The notes beneath the pieces were generated by a model. That model was not told where the DNA came from. It saw only the letters and a list, made by a program, of their open reading frames with translations, and did no database searches. A stretch of 64,000 bases of DNA from Pirellulales bacterium (lineage in GTDB: Bacteria > Planctomycetota > Planctomycetia > Pirellulales > PALSA-1355). Shown here piece by piece: positions 10,044-21,577 of the stretch; the first letter of the stretch is position 1; every line of letters starts with the position of its first letter. Both the position numbers and the translations under genes were made by a program. The stretch lies in contig CAVTBU010000005.1 of the NCBI GenBank assembly GCA_963733035.1, forward strand, positions 128,001 through 192,000, read 5' to 3'.

Positions 10044-11303
10044 ATGTCACTCCGAAACCAACTCCTGGCCCTGCTTAGCTGCTTGTTGCTCAACATAGTG
10101 TCGACGTCGGCAAACGCGTTCGAGCCCCCTGCCGAGAACCGACAGTCGCTCACGTTGCTTAAATTCGACGTAAAGCTCGAAACCGTCCTTGCGCACGACG
10201 ATGGAAAATGGATTTGGTTTCATCCCCGCGTGGCAGCAATTCCCCAAGGTAAAGATCAGTGCCCTCTGGTTGTGATGGCACTGCAGAAGCATCTGCAAAT
10301 CTCCGACTATTATTCCGGGTTGAGTCTGATGCAAACGCGCGATCTGGGACAAACCTGGACCGAGCCAAACCCGCGTGCGGAGCTCGCCTGGGAAGAGCAC
10401 GAAAACGGCGTCACGATTGCCGTGGCCGATGTCACGCCAGGCTGGCACTCGCCAACGGGAAAGGTGCTGCTCATCGGCGCGCGCGTGCGCTACAGCAAAA
10501 ACGGCCGCCAATTGGAAGACCAGACCCGCGCGCATCAAACCGCCTATGCCGTCTACAATCCTCAATCGGGCGACTGCTCGAAGTGGCGCATCTTGGAAAT
10601 GCCTCCCGACGAGAAATTCAATTTCGCCCGCAGCGCCTGTGCCCAGTGGCTCGTTCAGCCAGACGGAACGCTTCTGCTGCCGTTTTACTTCTCTGCCTCG
10701 GCCACTGTGCCTCACTCGGTCACGGTCGTGCAGTGCACGTTCGATGGAAGCGACGTGCGATACGCGCGGCACGGAGACGAGATCGCGCTAGACGTCGAGC
10801 GGGGTTTGGTCGAGCCCTCAATTGCGCGCTACCACGACGACTACTTTCTGACCCTCCGCAACGACCGCACAGCTTATGTGACTCACGGCTCCGACGGGCT
10901 TCACTTCGAACCGATCAAACCGTGGACGTTTGACGACGACCAGCAGCTCGGCAGTTACAACACGCAGCAGCATTGGCTCGTGCACAGTCAGGGTTTGTTT
11001 CTGGTCTACACACGCCGCGGAGCCAACAACGATCACATCGTTCGCCACCGGGCGCCCCTGTTCATGGCGCAGGTCGATCCTGTTAAGCTCCAGGTGATTC
11101 GCGAAACAGAACGCGTCGTCGTGCCCGAACGGGGGGCAACGCTCGGCAATTTTGGTGCCGCGGACATCAATGCCCACGAATCTTGGGTGACCGTCGCCGA
11201 AGGTGTTTGGAACGACAAAGCGCGCGAGCGAGGCGCAACAGGAGCCGTGTTTGTGGCCCGCATTCTCTGGTCCCAGCCAAATGAGCTGGAGCCTGCACAG
11301 TAG
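10044..11303 (+). CDS. Secreted sialidase-like propeller protein
   Basis: Signal peptide MSLRNQLLALLSCLLLNIVSTSANA; TRDLGQTW, RGLVEPS, GSDGLHF, LGSYNTQQHW, RHRAPLF, LGNFG. Confidence 0.72.
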   Translation: MSLRNQLLALLSCLLLNIVSTSANAFEPPAENRQSLTLLKFDVKLETVLAHDDGKWIWFHPRVAAIPQGKDQCPLVVMALQKHLQISDYYSGLSLMQTRDLGQTWTEPNPRAELAWEEHENGVTIAVADVTPGWHSPTGKVLLIGARVRYSKNGRQLEDQTRAHQTAYAVYNPQSGDCSKWRILEMPPDEKFNFARSACAQWLVQPDGTLLLPFYFSASATVPHSVTVVQCTFDGSDVRYARHGDEIALDVERGLVEPSIARYHDDYFLTLRNDRTAYVTHGSDGLHFEPIKPWTFDDDQQLGSYNTQQHWLVHSQGLFLVYTRRGANNDHIVRHRAPLFMAQVDPVKLQVIRETERVVVPERGATLGNFGAADINAHESWVTVAEGVWNDKARERGATGAVFVARILWSQPNELEPAQ

Positions 11304-11306
11304 CGG

Positions 11307-12296
11307 CTATTGCGTGGCTGGCTCGTCGACGCTGTCGCGCATTATGTCGACGCTGTCGCGCATTATACCGGTCCGACTTCCGGCCGTTTCCAACACCACG
11401 CCCACACTCTCTCCTTCCGCGACGCGAGAACAGGTCCGCAGCACTAGCACGATGCCGGCAAGTTGCGAATGGACCTCATGTGCGGTATTGCCCGTGGAGT
11501 CCGTCACCGTCCCGAGAAGATCTCCCGCTCCGACACTTTGACCGAGCTTTACCGCCGGCTCAAAGAAGCCCGTGATCGGCGATGGATTACAGATTTGCAT
11601 GTGGCCCGAGTCCGGCCTTGGATCCTCGATGGCAAGTTCAATCCGGCACGTCGGCGCGGGCAGGTCGATCATCTTCAGCAGCCGCATGATATTCAGGCAG
11701 CCGTGGAAATAGGCATCAACCCCCTCGCTGTCGCATAACCCCGAACCATGATACTCGGCATAGATCGCCGGCACTCTCGCATCGCGTGCCACCGAAAGCG
11801 ATCGCCCTTCCAACGTGCTGGCCGTGCCCCAGACGATTGGCAAATTAATTGCCTCTGCCATTCTTCGCTGCCAGTCGAGGACTTGAGCGTCCGCATGCAG
11901 CATGTATCCGCTCATTGGGAGCACCGAAAACGCGGTTCCGCCGGAGTGCAAATCGACGTAGAAGTCGGCGGAGCGAATCAACTCGCTTAGGGCGTGCGCG
12001 GTACGTTCCGTCACGGTTCCGTCCGGCTTGCCAGGGCACACCCGAGCCAGGTCCAATCCGTCCTCGGCCGTGCGTGCCCCGCGCAGAAACGCCGCCTCGT
12101 TCACGACCGGAACCAGGGTCAGCGTTCCCCTTTTTAACCGACTGTTTGCATCACCCGCGGTGAAGTTTCGGATCAGCCGCCGAATCGCCGCCATTGGTTC
12201 GAACTCATCGCCGTGCACGCCCCCGGTAACTAATAGGTGCGGTCCTGGCGCACGGGCCGAAAGCCGTACCCTCGGAATCTCGGTCTTGCCGGACAT
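11307..12296 (-). CDS. Succinylglutamate desuccinylase/aspartoacylase (M14) family deacylase
   Basis: GGVHGDE, DLARVCPG, VDLHSGG, AEY motifs; C-terminal barrel-sandwich hybrid region. Confidence 0.88.
   Translation of the reverse strand: MSGKTEIPRVRLSARAPGPHLLVTGGVHGDEFEPMAAIRRLIRNFTAGDANSRLKRGTLTLVPVVNEAAFLRGARTAEDGLDLARVCPGKPDGTVTERTAHALSELIRSADFYVDLHSGGTAFSVLPMSGYMLHADAQVLDWQRRMAEAINLPIVWGTASTLEGRSLSVARDARVPAIYAEYHGSGLCDSEGVDAYFHGCLNIMRLLKMIDLPAPTCRIELAIEDPRPDSGHMQICNPSPITGFFEPAVKLGQSVGAGDLLGTVTDSTGNTAHEVHSQLAGIVLVLRTCSRVAEGESVGVVLETAGSRTGIMRDSVDIMRDSVDEPATQ
11325..11366. repeat. Perfect 21-bp tandem duplication
   Basis: GTCGACGCTGTCGCGCATTAT x2; encodes IMRDSVD-IMRDSVD in the deacylase C-terminal tail. 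Confidence 0.95.
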
Positions 12297-12299
12297 TGC

Positions 12300-13088
12300 T
12301 CAGCCTCGCGACGGAATCTGGGCAGCGGACCGACAATCCTTGAAGCGAAATCCACCGTCGACCGGTAGCACCGCACCCGTGATATAGTCCGCGGCGTCCG
12401 ATGTCAGAAAGACGGCGGCCAGACCGACGTCTTGCGAAGTGCCCAGCCTGCCCCACGGCAACTTTGCGCCTTCCTCCCGAATCGTTGACGCATCGAACAC
12501 TTCATGCTCCCCGGGAGTATCGGTCCAACCCGGTTCAATGACATTGACGTTGATGCGGTGGTTTGACAACTCAACCGACATAACTCGGGCCATGTGATTC
12601 AATCCGGCCTTGGCTGCACAATAGGCGACGCTCTGCGCCAACGGCATTTCGGCCATTACGCTGGAGATGAACACGATCTTTCCACCGCGGCCCCGGTCGA
12701 CCTGATGTTTGGCAACACGTTGGCTTACATGAAAGCCACTGATGAGCGTGGCCTGGATCACTTTTTCGAAGTCATCGGGGTCGTATTCAAGAAAATCGCG
12801 CCTGACACCAAATGCGGGATTACTGATCAAGATGTCGATTCCGTCGGCAACTCGTAGCGCGTCGGCCACGAGCGTATCGCAACCAGACCGCGAAAACACA
12901 TCGGCCTCGACGACGTAGCACTTTCGACCAAGGGCGCGAAGCTCTTCGGCGGTCGCGGCAAGGTCGGCACTTCCCGGACGATCGTTGACGACCACGTCGG
13001 CCCCTTCACGTGCCAGCTCCAATGCACACCCTTTACCGATGCCGCGGCCCGCGCCGGTGACCAGTGCCGTTTTGCCAAGTAGCTTCAT
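12300..13088 (-). CDS. SDR family NAD(P)-dependent oxidoreductase
   Basis: TGAGRGIG, ISS, YCAAK catalytic motif, VNVIEPGWTDT, VDGG. Confidence 0.93.
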   Translation of the reverse strand: MKLLGKTALVTGAGRGIGKGCALELAREGADVVVNDRPGSADLAATAEELRALGRKCYVVEADVFSRSGCDTLVADALRVADGIDILISNPAFGVRRDFLEYDPDDFEKVIQATLISGFHVSQRVAKHQVDRGRGGKIVFISSVMAEMPLAQSVAYCAAKAGLNHMARVMSVELSNHRINVNVIEPGWTDTPGEHEVFDASTIREEGAKLPWGRLGTSQDVGLAAVFLTSDAADYITGAVLPVDGGFRFKDCRSAAQIPSRG

Positions 13089-13107
13089 TGCTATAGACCT
13101 CTCGCGA

Positions 13108-13878
13108 CTAGGAACCATAGACGGCATCCAGCTCCGCCGAGCGGTTCTTCAGCATCTCCATGAACGCCCCAAAATCGCCGCCGTAGGCAATCAATTGGGC
13201 ACCCTGCCCATGGAGCTCTTGCACCTGCTGGCTGGTCGACGCCGGACAACCCCAAGCAATGCCGTGACGTTTCGCCGCAGTCGCCACTCGTCGCAGGGCA
13301 TTCTCCAAAGTCAGGTCGGTCTCGGTGCGTCGAATTCGCATCCCCAGATCGCCGGGCCCGACGAATAGCCCGTCAACGCCTTTGATTGCCGCGATTTCTT
13401 CCACATTTTCGACGGCCTGCGGCGTTTCGATTTGCACAACAAGAAACGTCTCTCGATTCGCGGCATCCACAAACTCGTCGCCGCCTTGCAAATAGAAGTC
13501 GGCGTCCAACCCCGCCCCGTCAAGTCCTCGGTCTCCTAGCGGTGGAAATTTTACGGCCCGTACCAGACTGCGGGCTTCATCGGCCGTCGAAACTCGCGGG
13601 ATCATTAGGCCCGTCGCGCCGTCTTCCAGGTATCGATACAACTTCGCGTTTTCCAGGGTCGGCGCACGGAGCATACAGTCGATATCACTCAGATGAAAAT
13701 ACGCTAACAACGACTGCACCTCCCGCTGGCTCATCGCGCGGTGCTCCAGGTCGAGCCAGATACAGTCGTAGCCAAAATGGCTCGCGAGACGGATATAGGC
13801 GGGAATGAAGTGCCCCAGCGAACACATCCGAACGGGCTTTCCAGTCCGCAGCTTTGTCAAAGTTTTGCTGGTGCGCAA
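13108..13878 (-). CDS. HpcH/HpaI family pyruvate-dependent aldolase
   Basis: WLDLEH, KFPPLGDRG, QIET, FVGPGDL; TTG start after AAAGGA RBS. Confidence 0.9.
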   Translation of the reverse strand: MRTSKTLTKLRTGKPVRMCSLGHFIPAYIRLASHFGYDCIWLDLEHRAMSQREVQSLLAYFHLSDIDCMLRAPTLENAKLYRYLEDGATGLMIPRVSTADEARSLVRAVKFPPLGDRGLDGAGLDADFYLQGGDEFVDAANRETFLVVQIETPQAVENVEEIAAIKGVDGLFVGPGDLGMRIRRTETDLTLENALRRVATAAKRHGIAWGCPASTSQQVQELHGQGAQLIAYGGDFGAFMEMLKNRSAELDAVYGS

Positions 13879-14133
13879 GGTCGGTCCTTTCGAAGGATGA
13901 TGCAACGACGGCGGGGCTGGAGCCTGCTCCAACCGATTCTGCTTCAATTGAAATCACTGATTGCCCGATTCTGTTGATCGGCAATGTGGGGTATCATCCA
14001 CCGGATGACGGCGCGCGGTCAAGAACGGCGGGCGATTTTGGCAGCGAGCGGGCGTTTTTGGCCGGACGAAGTCGCCGAGGCAAAACAGATTTCGCGCATC
14101 GTTTGAACTCACCTGAATTGACGGGACCGCATC

Positions 14134-15051
14134 ATGCCATCGCGACAAGTCTATCTATCAGGCGAGATGTTGGCGGAAGAGGATGCCAAGATCTCGATTT
14201 TCGACAGCGCGGTACTGTTAGGCGACACCGTGACGGAATCCACTCGCACGTTCGCCCACAAACCGTTTAAGCTCGAAGCGCACGTCGAACGCCTGTTCAA
14301 ATCACTTAAAGTGACGCGGATCGATCCCGGGTGCGACGCAGCGGCGATGGTGCGAATCTCTCGCGAGGTCCTGGACGCCAATCTTGCGAGCTCGGCTCCC
14401 CACGAAGATTGCTGGTTGGTTCACAACATCTCTCGAGGGATCAGCGTGACCGGGCCTGATCCGACCGTCCAACGCGGACCGGCCACCGTCATGATTTACA
14501 CGTTGCCGATGGATCTTCGTGGCTGGGCCGCGTTCTACCAGCAAGGCTGCCATGCAGTGACGTCAATGAGCCGCATCATCCCGTCGCAGTCGCTGGATGC
14601 ACGAATCAAGAACCGCAGCCGCATGGCATACACGCTGGCCGAAATCGAAGTCAAGCTCGTCGACCCGGACGCACAGGGTATCTTACTCGACATTCACGGC
14701 AACGTGGCTGAGAACAAGGGGGGCAACGTGTTTCTGGTTTCCGACGGTCAGCTGAAGACTCCCGATGCCTCCAATTGTCTGGCAGGGATCAGCCGCGAAA
14801 CCGTTCTGGAGCTGGCGGCCGAGTTGAATATCACGACCTGTGAAACGCATCTGCAGCCATACGACTTGTATACGGCTGACGAGGTTTTTTTCACGAGTAC
14901 GCCGTACTGCATCATGCCGGCAACAAAATTCAATGGACTTCCGGTCGGCGACGGCGCGGTCGGCCCCATCACGCGGCGATTGTTAACCGCTTGGAGCAAA
15001 CTCGTTGGTGTCGACATCGTACGTCAGGCACTAGATCAGTTGAAATCGTAA
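14134..15051 (+). CDS. Class IV PLP-dependent aminotransferase (BCAT/D-amino-acid transaminase fold)
   Basis: ESTRT, HVERL, IKNRSR (PLP lysine), ENKGGNVF, LAGISR, ADEVFFTST, GPITRRL. Confidence 0.9.
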   Translation: MPSRQVYLSGEMLAEEDAKISIFDSAVLLGDTVTESTRTFAHKPFKLEAHVERLFKSLKVTRIDPGCDAAAMVRISREVLDANLASSAPHEDCWLVHNISRGISVTGPDPTVQRGPATVMIYTLPMDLRGWAAFYQQGCHAVTSMSRIIPSQSLDARIKNRSRMAYTLAEIEVKLVDPDAQGILLDIHGNVAENKGGNVFLVSDGQLKTPDASNCLAGISRETVLELAAELNITTCETHLQPYDLYTADEVFFTSTPYCIMPATKFNGLPVGDGAVGPITRRLLTAWSKLVGVDIVRQALDQLKS

Positions 15052-15147
15052 CCGACGACGAATGTGCCTGCCAGGCGCTCGCCATGGCGAGTCATGGGTA
15101 GATATGGGACTTTGCACCGCAACCGACTACTTGCTGAAGATCACGCG

Positions 15148-16863
15148 GTGCGCGACGCCGTCTCTCGCGCAAATTCCAGGCGAGTGTTGCTTGTTGCCGC
15201 CTACCTCGTCCTGGCCGGCGGAACAGCCACTGCAGCGGAAGTGGGTGGCGCTGCTCCCAATTCCAACCCACGCCCGCTCGGGCTGCAGCCGCTCGACTGG
15301 GCGATTGTCGCAATTTATGCGCTCTCCACGATTGCCCTGGGCGTCTACTTCAGTCGACGGCAGCGCTCGACAGAAGAGTATTTCATTGGTAGCGGCAACA
15401 TGAATCCGCTGCTAATCGGCGTCTCCTTGTTCGCGACGCTGTTGAGCACAATTTCGTATTTGTCGATGCCTGGCGAAGCAGCCGGCAAAGGACCGGTTCA
15501 CTTGCTGGGGCTGATTTCGATGCCGCTGGTGTTTTTGGTGGTCGCGGTGTGGCTAATTCCCGTGTACATGAAAAATCGAGCCAACAGTGCGTATGAACTG
15601 CTCGAAGCGCGTCTGGGCCTGAGCGTGCGTCTGTTGGGGGCGACCATGTTCCTCATGCTTAGGCTCGTTTGGATGACCTTGTTGGTCTATCTGGCCGGCA
15701 AAGCACTCGCAGACATGATGCACGTCAGTGCCTCTTGGGTACCCCTCATTGTCGCCGTCACCGGCGGCGTCTCCCTGATCTATACGACGATGGGCGGGCT
15801 GCGAGCGGTGGTCATTACCGATTTCATGCAGACCATTCTGCTTTTCGGTGGAGCACTGCTGGTAATCGCGACGGTCACCTGGGATTTCGGCGGATTCGGC
15901 TGGTTTCCCACCACGTGGCAACCGAACTGGGATACGCAACCGGTCTTCAGTACCGACCCGAAGACTCGAGTTACCGTCGTGGGGACTCTCATTTCCATAC
16001 TGATCTGGTACGTGGCCACGGTCGGCGGCGATCAAACTTCGGTACAAAGATTCATGGCGACCCGCGACGCGAATGCGGCCCGTTGGGCACTCGCAACGCA
16101 ACTGACTGTCGGCGCAATCGTGAATGTTACGTTGTTTGCCGTCGGCTTCGCCCTGCTAGGCTACTACGAGGCGAACCCCGGCCAACTCCGACCGAACCTG
16201 ACCGTCAGCCAAAATGCCGATCAGCTGTTTCCCATATTCATCTCGGATCAACTCCCCGTGGGAATTTCCGGTCTAGTCGTCGCGGCCATGTTCGCCGCGG
16301 CCATGTCGAGTATCGATTCGGGCGTAAATTCGATCACCGCGGTGGTAATGACCGACTTTCTCGACCGTTTTGGCCTCAAGCCGAAGACCGAAAAAGGACA
16401 CGTACGCGTCGCACGGTTGCTGGCCTTCGGGATTGGCGCCGTGGTCGTCCTCGGAAGTTCATTCGTCGAGTACATCGAAGGAAATATCACGGTCGTCACG
16501 AACAAAACCGCCAACCTCCTGACAACTCCTATTTTCGCACTGTTTGTCTTCGCCATCTTCATCAAACGCGCGACGCCGTTCGGAGCGTGGGTCGGTGCGT
16601 TTTTCGGCACGTTGACCGCTGCGGCGATCGCATTCTCAGGACCGCTGGTCTATCTGGCACATGCGCAGTTTGGCTTGGATCCGACGTCGTTCGGTGTCGA
16701 GTTGATTCGAAAAACCGACCCCGTCAGCGGACAAACCTGGATGACCGCCGAGGATCCAATTAGCTTTCAGTGGATTGCCCCGGTCGCCCTGGCCGTCAAT
16801 CTTTTCACTGGATACGTTGCCTGCCGCCTGTTCCCGCGAGTCGGTACGAATGACGAAGATTGA
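15148..16863 (+). CDS. Sodium:solute symporter (SSS/SLC5), SiaT/YidK-like (start uncertain)
   Basis: EEYFIGSG, SLFATLLSTISY, SAYELLE.R, YTTMGGLRAVVITDFMQ, DQTSVQRF, AAAMSSIDSGVNS; many TM segments. Confidence 0.92.
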   Translation: MRDAVSRANSRRVLLVAAYLVLAGGTATAAEVGGAAPNSNPRPLGLQPLDWAIVAIYALSTIALGVYFSRRQRSTEEYFIGSGNMNPLLIGVSLFATLLSTISYLSMPGEAAGKGPVHLLGLISMPLVFLVVAVWLIPVYMKNRANSAYELLEARLGLSVRLLGATMFLMLRLVWMTLLVYLAGKALADMMHVSASWVPLIVAVTGGVSLIYTTMGGLRAVVITDFMQTILLFGGALLVIATVTWDFGGFGWFPTTWQPNWDTQPVFSTDPKTRVTVVGTLISILIWYVATVGGDQTSVQRFMATRDANAARWALATQLTVGAIVNVTLFAVGFALLGYYEANPGQLRPNLTVSQNADQLFPIFISDQLPVGISGLVVAAMFAAAMSSIDSGVNSITAVVMTDFLDRFGLKPKTEKGHVRVARLLAFGIGAVVVLGSSFVEYIEGNITVVTNKTANLLTTPIFALFVFAIFIKRATPFGAWVGAFFGTLTAAAIAFSGPLVYLAHAQFGLDPTSFGVELIRKTDPVSGQTWMTAEDPISFQWIAPVALAVNLFTGYVACRLFPRVGTNDED

Positions 16864-17278
16864 ATCCTGCCACGAGTGTTCGAATTCCCGGCCGATCAAC
16901 GTGGAGGACTTCTGCGCCATCGTCTATCACGCGATATGGCCGGAAGCTCGACGACTTGCTGATCGCCACGTCCAGCCGTGCCGTTCACCGGCCATCCGGT
17001 GGCGAGGTGCTGCCGCGTTGCCTTAGCGACGCAGGCACGCGTGGGCGGGCGGGCAATTGTTCGTGGCCCGCTCGCGTAAGATCATCGCGGTCATCGTAAG
17101 AATCTCGGTCAATCCACGAGAATTGTGCAAGCTGCCCCTGTCCTATCGGCCGCCGTTTTGCCGGGATCTTGGTCTATTTACAAACTTTACCCGGCGCTGC
17201 GACAGGATTACACTTGTAGTTCATTCCCGCCCGAGTTCTTCCCGCCTATTTTGCCCCTCCTTGCCGGAGTGCGTTCTG

Positions 17279-20200
17279 ATGCACGCCTACCAACCCAGGC
17301 TGATTATCCTTGCATCCTTGCTGATTTCTCTGGCGACGGCCATCCCGGTCGCCGCGCAGCCGGCACCGGCCGAGTCACCGCCGGCCGCTGCCGCCGAGAC
17401 TCCACCTCCCGCCGAAAGTCAACCCAAGGCCGAACCCAAACTGCGGTTCAACTTCCGTTTCCAGCGCTGGTCCGATGTTCTGGACTGGTTTGCCGAACAA
17501 GCCGGCCTGTCGCTGGTTCTCGACGCGCCGCCGCCCGGCACGTTCAACTATTCGGACAACCGCGATTACTCTGTCGCCGAATCTCTCGACTTGCTCAACG
17601 GCGTGCTACTGACCAAAGGTTATACGCTTGTACGCCGCGAGCGAATGTTGATCCTGGTCGATCTCTCGCAAGGATTGCCCGAAACCCTAGTGCCGCGCGT
17701 CACGCTCGACGAGCTCGACAAACGTGGCCGATTTGAAATCGTCAGCGTGATGTTTCCCGTCGGCAATCGCAGCGCGGCGGACGTGGTGACCGAGATTGCG
17801 CCACTCTTGGGTCCGCGAGGCAAGAGTCAGGCGCTATCGCAAACTGGCCAGGTTTTGGTCACCGATACGGCCGGCGTCATGCCGGCAATCAACGCCGTGA
17901 TTGAGTCGATTCCAGAGCCCAAGCAGGCCGCGCCGAGCACGCCCGAGAAACCCCAACTTTCAGTCTACCCGCTCAAGTCGGCCGATCCCGATGCAGCGGT
18001 CAAAGTTCTTGAAGCGCTGATGCCGGATGCGAAATTCGTGCGAGATCCGGGCGCAAACCAACTGAGTGCCTATGCCACGCCCACGCAACAGGCGGCGGTC
18101 AAGAACGTCATCGAGCAAATGCAGGCGACCGAAGGGCCGCCGGAAAGTCGCTCGCGATTCGAAGTTTATCTGCTCGACAACGTCGATCCGGCAGGAGCCC
18201 TGGAAACGTTGCAGCCATTGGTGCCGGCGGCGCGGTTGAGCGTTGATCCGCAAAGCAAGAAACTCGCCGCCTGGGGCTCGCCCGCCGATCACGAAATCTT
18301 GAAAAAGGCAGTCAATCAGCTCGTGTCCGGCGTCGCTGGCGCCGACGATCGACAGGTCGAAGTTTATCGGCTCAACAAAGCGGACCCGGCATCGGTAGCG
18401 GCGATGCTGCCCAATGTGGTGCCGCGCACGGATTGCCGTGGATCCTCCGACCAAGAGCCTCGTCGTTTTGGCGACCCTTGCGGACCAAAAATCCGTTCGT
18501 GCCACCATCGACCAGATCGAATCTCAAAAACCGATGGCCGGAGCCGTTGAAATGCGGTTGTATCCTCTGGGAAACACCCCGTCGACTTCCATCACCACGG
18601 TGTTGCAAACGTTGGTGCCGCGGGCGACCGTCACGGTCGATGCCGCCCACCGACGGTTAGCCGTCGCGGCCACTCCCGACGATCAAGCAATCGTCAAACA
18701 GGCGATCGACGAGTATCTCAGCGCGGCGCCGAGCAGTGACCAGCGTAAGCTGGAACTGTACACGGTGACGCCGGCCGAACGGAAGCGATTTCAGGTTCTG
18801 CTGGCCGAGCTTGCGGCCGATTTTCCGAACGTCAAGGTGGTAACCGACGCGGAGCCCGGCGAGTTGGCCGTGTGGGCAACGCCCACGGAACACGAGGTCA
18901 TCGTCGGAATTATTGAGCAACTCAAACAAGCGACGCCGGCCGACGAGGCTTATCGCCTGGTCGCTTATCCGATTCATGTCGCCGACCCGACGAGTGTGCG
19001 GAACGTGTTGCAGGAGTTGTTTCCCAACACCAAGTTGGTGCTCGACCCCAAGACGCGTCGCTTGGTGGCCTGGACGCGGCCCAGCGAACAAGAGGCAATC
19101 AAGTCGCTGGTCGAGCAGATGGATTCCGATCAGGGGGGTGATCTGCAAAACCAACTGATGACCTATCCGGTCAACGGCTTCGACCCGAACACGGCCATTG
19201 CCACTCTCCGGACCCTGGTTCCAGATGCGACGGTTTCGCACGACGCCACTGCCAAGACCCTCGTTGCCTTCGGACGCAAGCTGGATCAGGACAAGATTGT
19301 CAAGGCACTCAAGCAGATGCGGCCCAGCGATGATCCGAACTTGCGGCCACACGTGGTCTCGTATCCGGTCGGCACGGCCGACCCGAACACGCTCACTCCG
19401 CTGATCACGGCGCTGGTGCCTACGGCGCGCGTCGCTGCCAACGCAGCCGACGGCACGATTGCGGTGTGGGCAGAACCAACGGACCACGTGACGATCAAAA
19501 ACGCAATCGAGGAGATGACCGCCACGGCGGCGGATTCGACCGCACCAAAAGTAGTCGTTTACTCGCTGCAGGAAGCGACTGCGGCGGGCGTGGCGACCGC
19601 GCTTCAGACCGCCGTGCCCCAGGCCCGCATCGGCACCGGACAGAATCCTCGAAAACTGGTCGTCTGGGCTCGCCCGGCCGAACACGCCACCATCCGAGCC
19701 ACGCTCGACGAGCTCGATAAGGAGGAATTTGGCGGACAGGGCAACGTGCTCAAGGCCTACCAGATCAAAATGGCCGAACCAGGCACGTTGCTGACCAACC
19801 TCAATACTTTGTTTGCCACCCGACCCACCGTTCGACTTTCGCTCGACAGCAAGAATCGCAAGATCATTGCCATGGCGACCGAAAGCGAACATGAGATGAT
19901 TCAGCACGTGATTGACGAAGTAGAAGCTGGGTCGCCACTCGATGCCGATTCCAAGCTCGAAGTACATCGCCTGGACAGTGCCGATTCCTCCGTCGTGGTG
20001 TCCGTCCTGACGAATCTGTTCAAAAACGACGCTCGCGTCGTGCTCTCAACGGACGCCCAGGGCGAGAATCTCGTCGCAGTTGCCACGCCCGAACAGCACG
20101 AGTCCATTCGCGATGCGATCAAACAGCTGCAAAGCACCACGCGCGAACTAGAGGTGTTTCAATTGGACGTCGTCGAAGCACAGGCCGCCGAAGTGGCAAT

Positions 20201-21524
20201 TCAGCGGCTATTTGCCAGTGGTGCGCGGCGACGGGGCAGAGGCAACGACGCGCCAATCGTCGAAGCCGACAACAATACGGCTCGGCTCTATGTGCGAGCC
20301 AACCGGGAAGACATTGAAGAGATTCGCGACCTGCTGGTAAAGATGGGCGAAACCCGGCTGGCACGACAAAACAGTTCCGGCAACAACCTGCGGACGATTC
20401 CGTTTACCGGCGATACTCGTGCGGCACTTGCGGAAATCGAGAGAATCTGGCCTCAGTTGAGCAAGAACCCGCTTCGTGTGCTGCGGTCTTCGCACCATGT
20501 TCGCGACGCGCTTTCGAGCCCGCCAATCGAGCCGCGAAAGCTTCCGATCAAGCCCGATGTCGAACGTCCCGCGCCGCCAGCCCCCGACCGGAAGCAAGAC
20601 GAATCAACAGAACGGCCAGCCCCTGGCGCCACCTCACGAGACAAGACGCCCGAAGTGAAGACCGCCATTCAGGAAGATGGAGCGTCGCAGGAGGAGCCGG
20701 AACCGCCGTCCAACGAAACGGCAGGCAAGCAGCCAACGTCGCCCGCGCCGATCATCGTTTCTCCGGGAGACGATAAGATTACGATCATGTCCGACGATCC
20801 GAAGGCCATCGAGCAACTCGAGGCACTCCTGCGTTCACTCTCCCCAACCACCGGCTCAGGTGGACGCAGCATCTCGGTTTACCCGTTGCGGAGCGCCGAT
20901 AGCGTCACCATTGCGGAACTCCTGAACCGTGTGTTCCGCCAGGGAACCTTTGACTTTGGCCGCGCTTCGACACCCACGATCGAACCAGACGAACGGCTCA
21001 ACGCGATCGTGGTGTATGCCAGCCGGCAGGATCGCGCTGTGATTGAACAGTTGCTAGAAGTGCTCGACACCGACCAGGTACCCGAGTCCTTGGCGGCGAA
21101 TCAGCCGTTGCGGATACCCGTGCGCAATACCGACGCGGACAGCATCGAACGAGTCCTGCGCGATCTTTACCAGACACAGCTTTCCAGCGGCGCACGGTCC
21201 AAGCCGATTCCGATTCCCAGCGGGGCAAGCCGCGACGTGGCCGCCGTCATTCAGCAGATCAACACCGCCGCCTCGGGCCCGCTAATGACACTGGGTGTCG
21301 ATGGGGCGACGAACTCGATCGTTGTGATGGCCCCCCGACCCTTGGCCGAAGAGGTCGCCGAACTCGTGGGCGAACTCGACGACGCGGCGCTCCATGAGAA
21401 CTCACGCTCGGTGAAGGTCGTCAAGCTGAAGAGCGCCAGTGCCGACCAAGTCAAGCAAGTGCTCGACCGCTTGATCCGCGACGCCACGCAACGACAATCC
21501 TCCGGCCGGCGCGGGCGACGCTAG
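17279..21524 (+). CDS. Giant secretin N-domain repeat protein without a secretin barrel; frameshifted near 18425
   Basis: Signal peptide, N0-like LRFNFRFQRWSDVLDWFAEQAGLSL, then ~15 NolW/secretin_N-like repeats across ORFs 17057-18550 and 18414-21524; the join restores ...NVVPRARIAVDP... Confidence 0.8.
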
Positions 21525-21577
21525 TCGCGTCGAAGATACCGCCGCTCGTGTGATAAACATACACCGCTGCTGCGATG

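Noticed and set aside
15669..16763. 364-aa alternative-frame ORF inside the symporter
   Set aside because: Arg-rich off-frame translation with no motif or RBS support
16864..17278. Possible small gene or ncRNA in the ~400-bp gap
   Set aside because: No convincing ORF, RBS or recognisable RNA structure by eye
18657..19967. 436-aa minus-strand ORF
   Set aside because: Antisense to the secretin-N repeat gene; no recognisable domain
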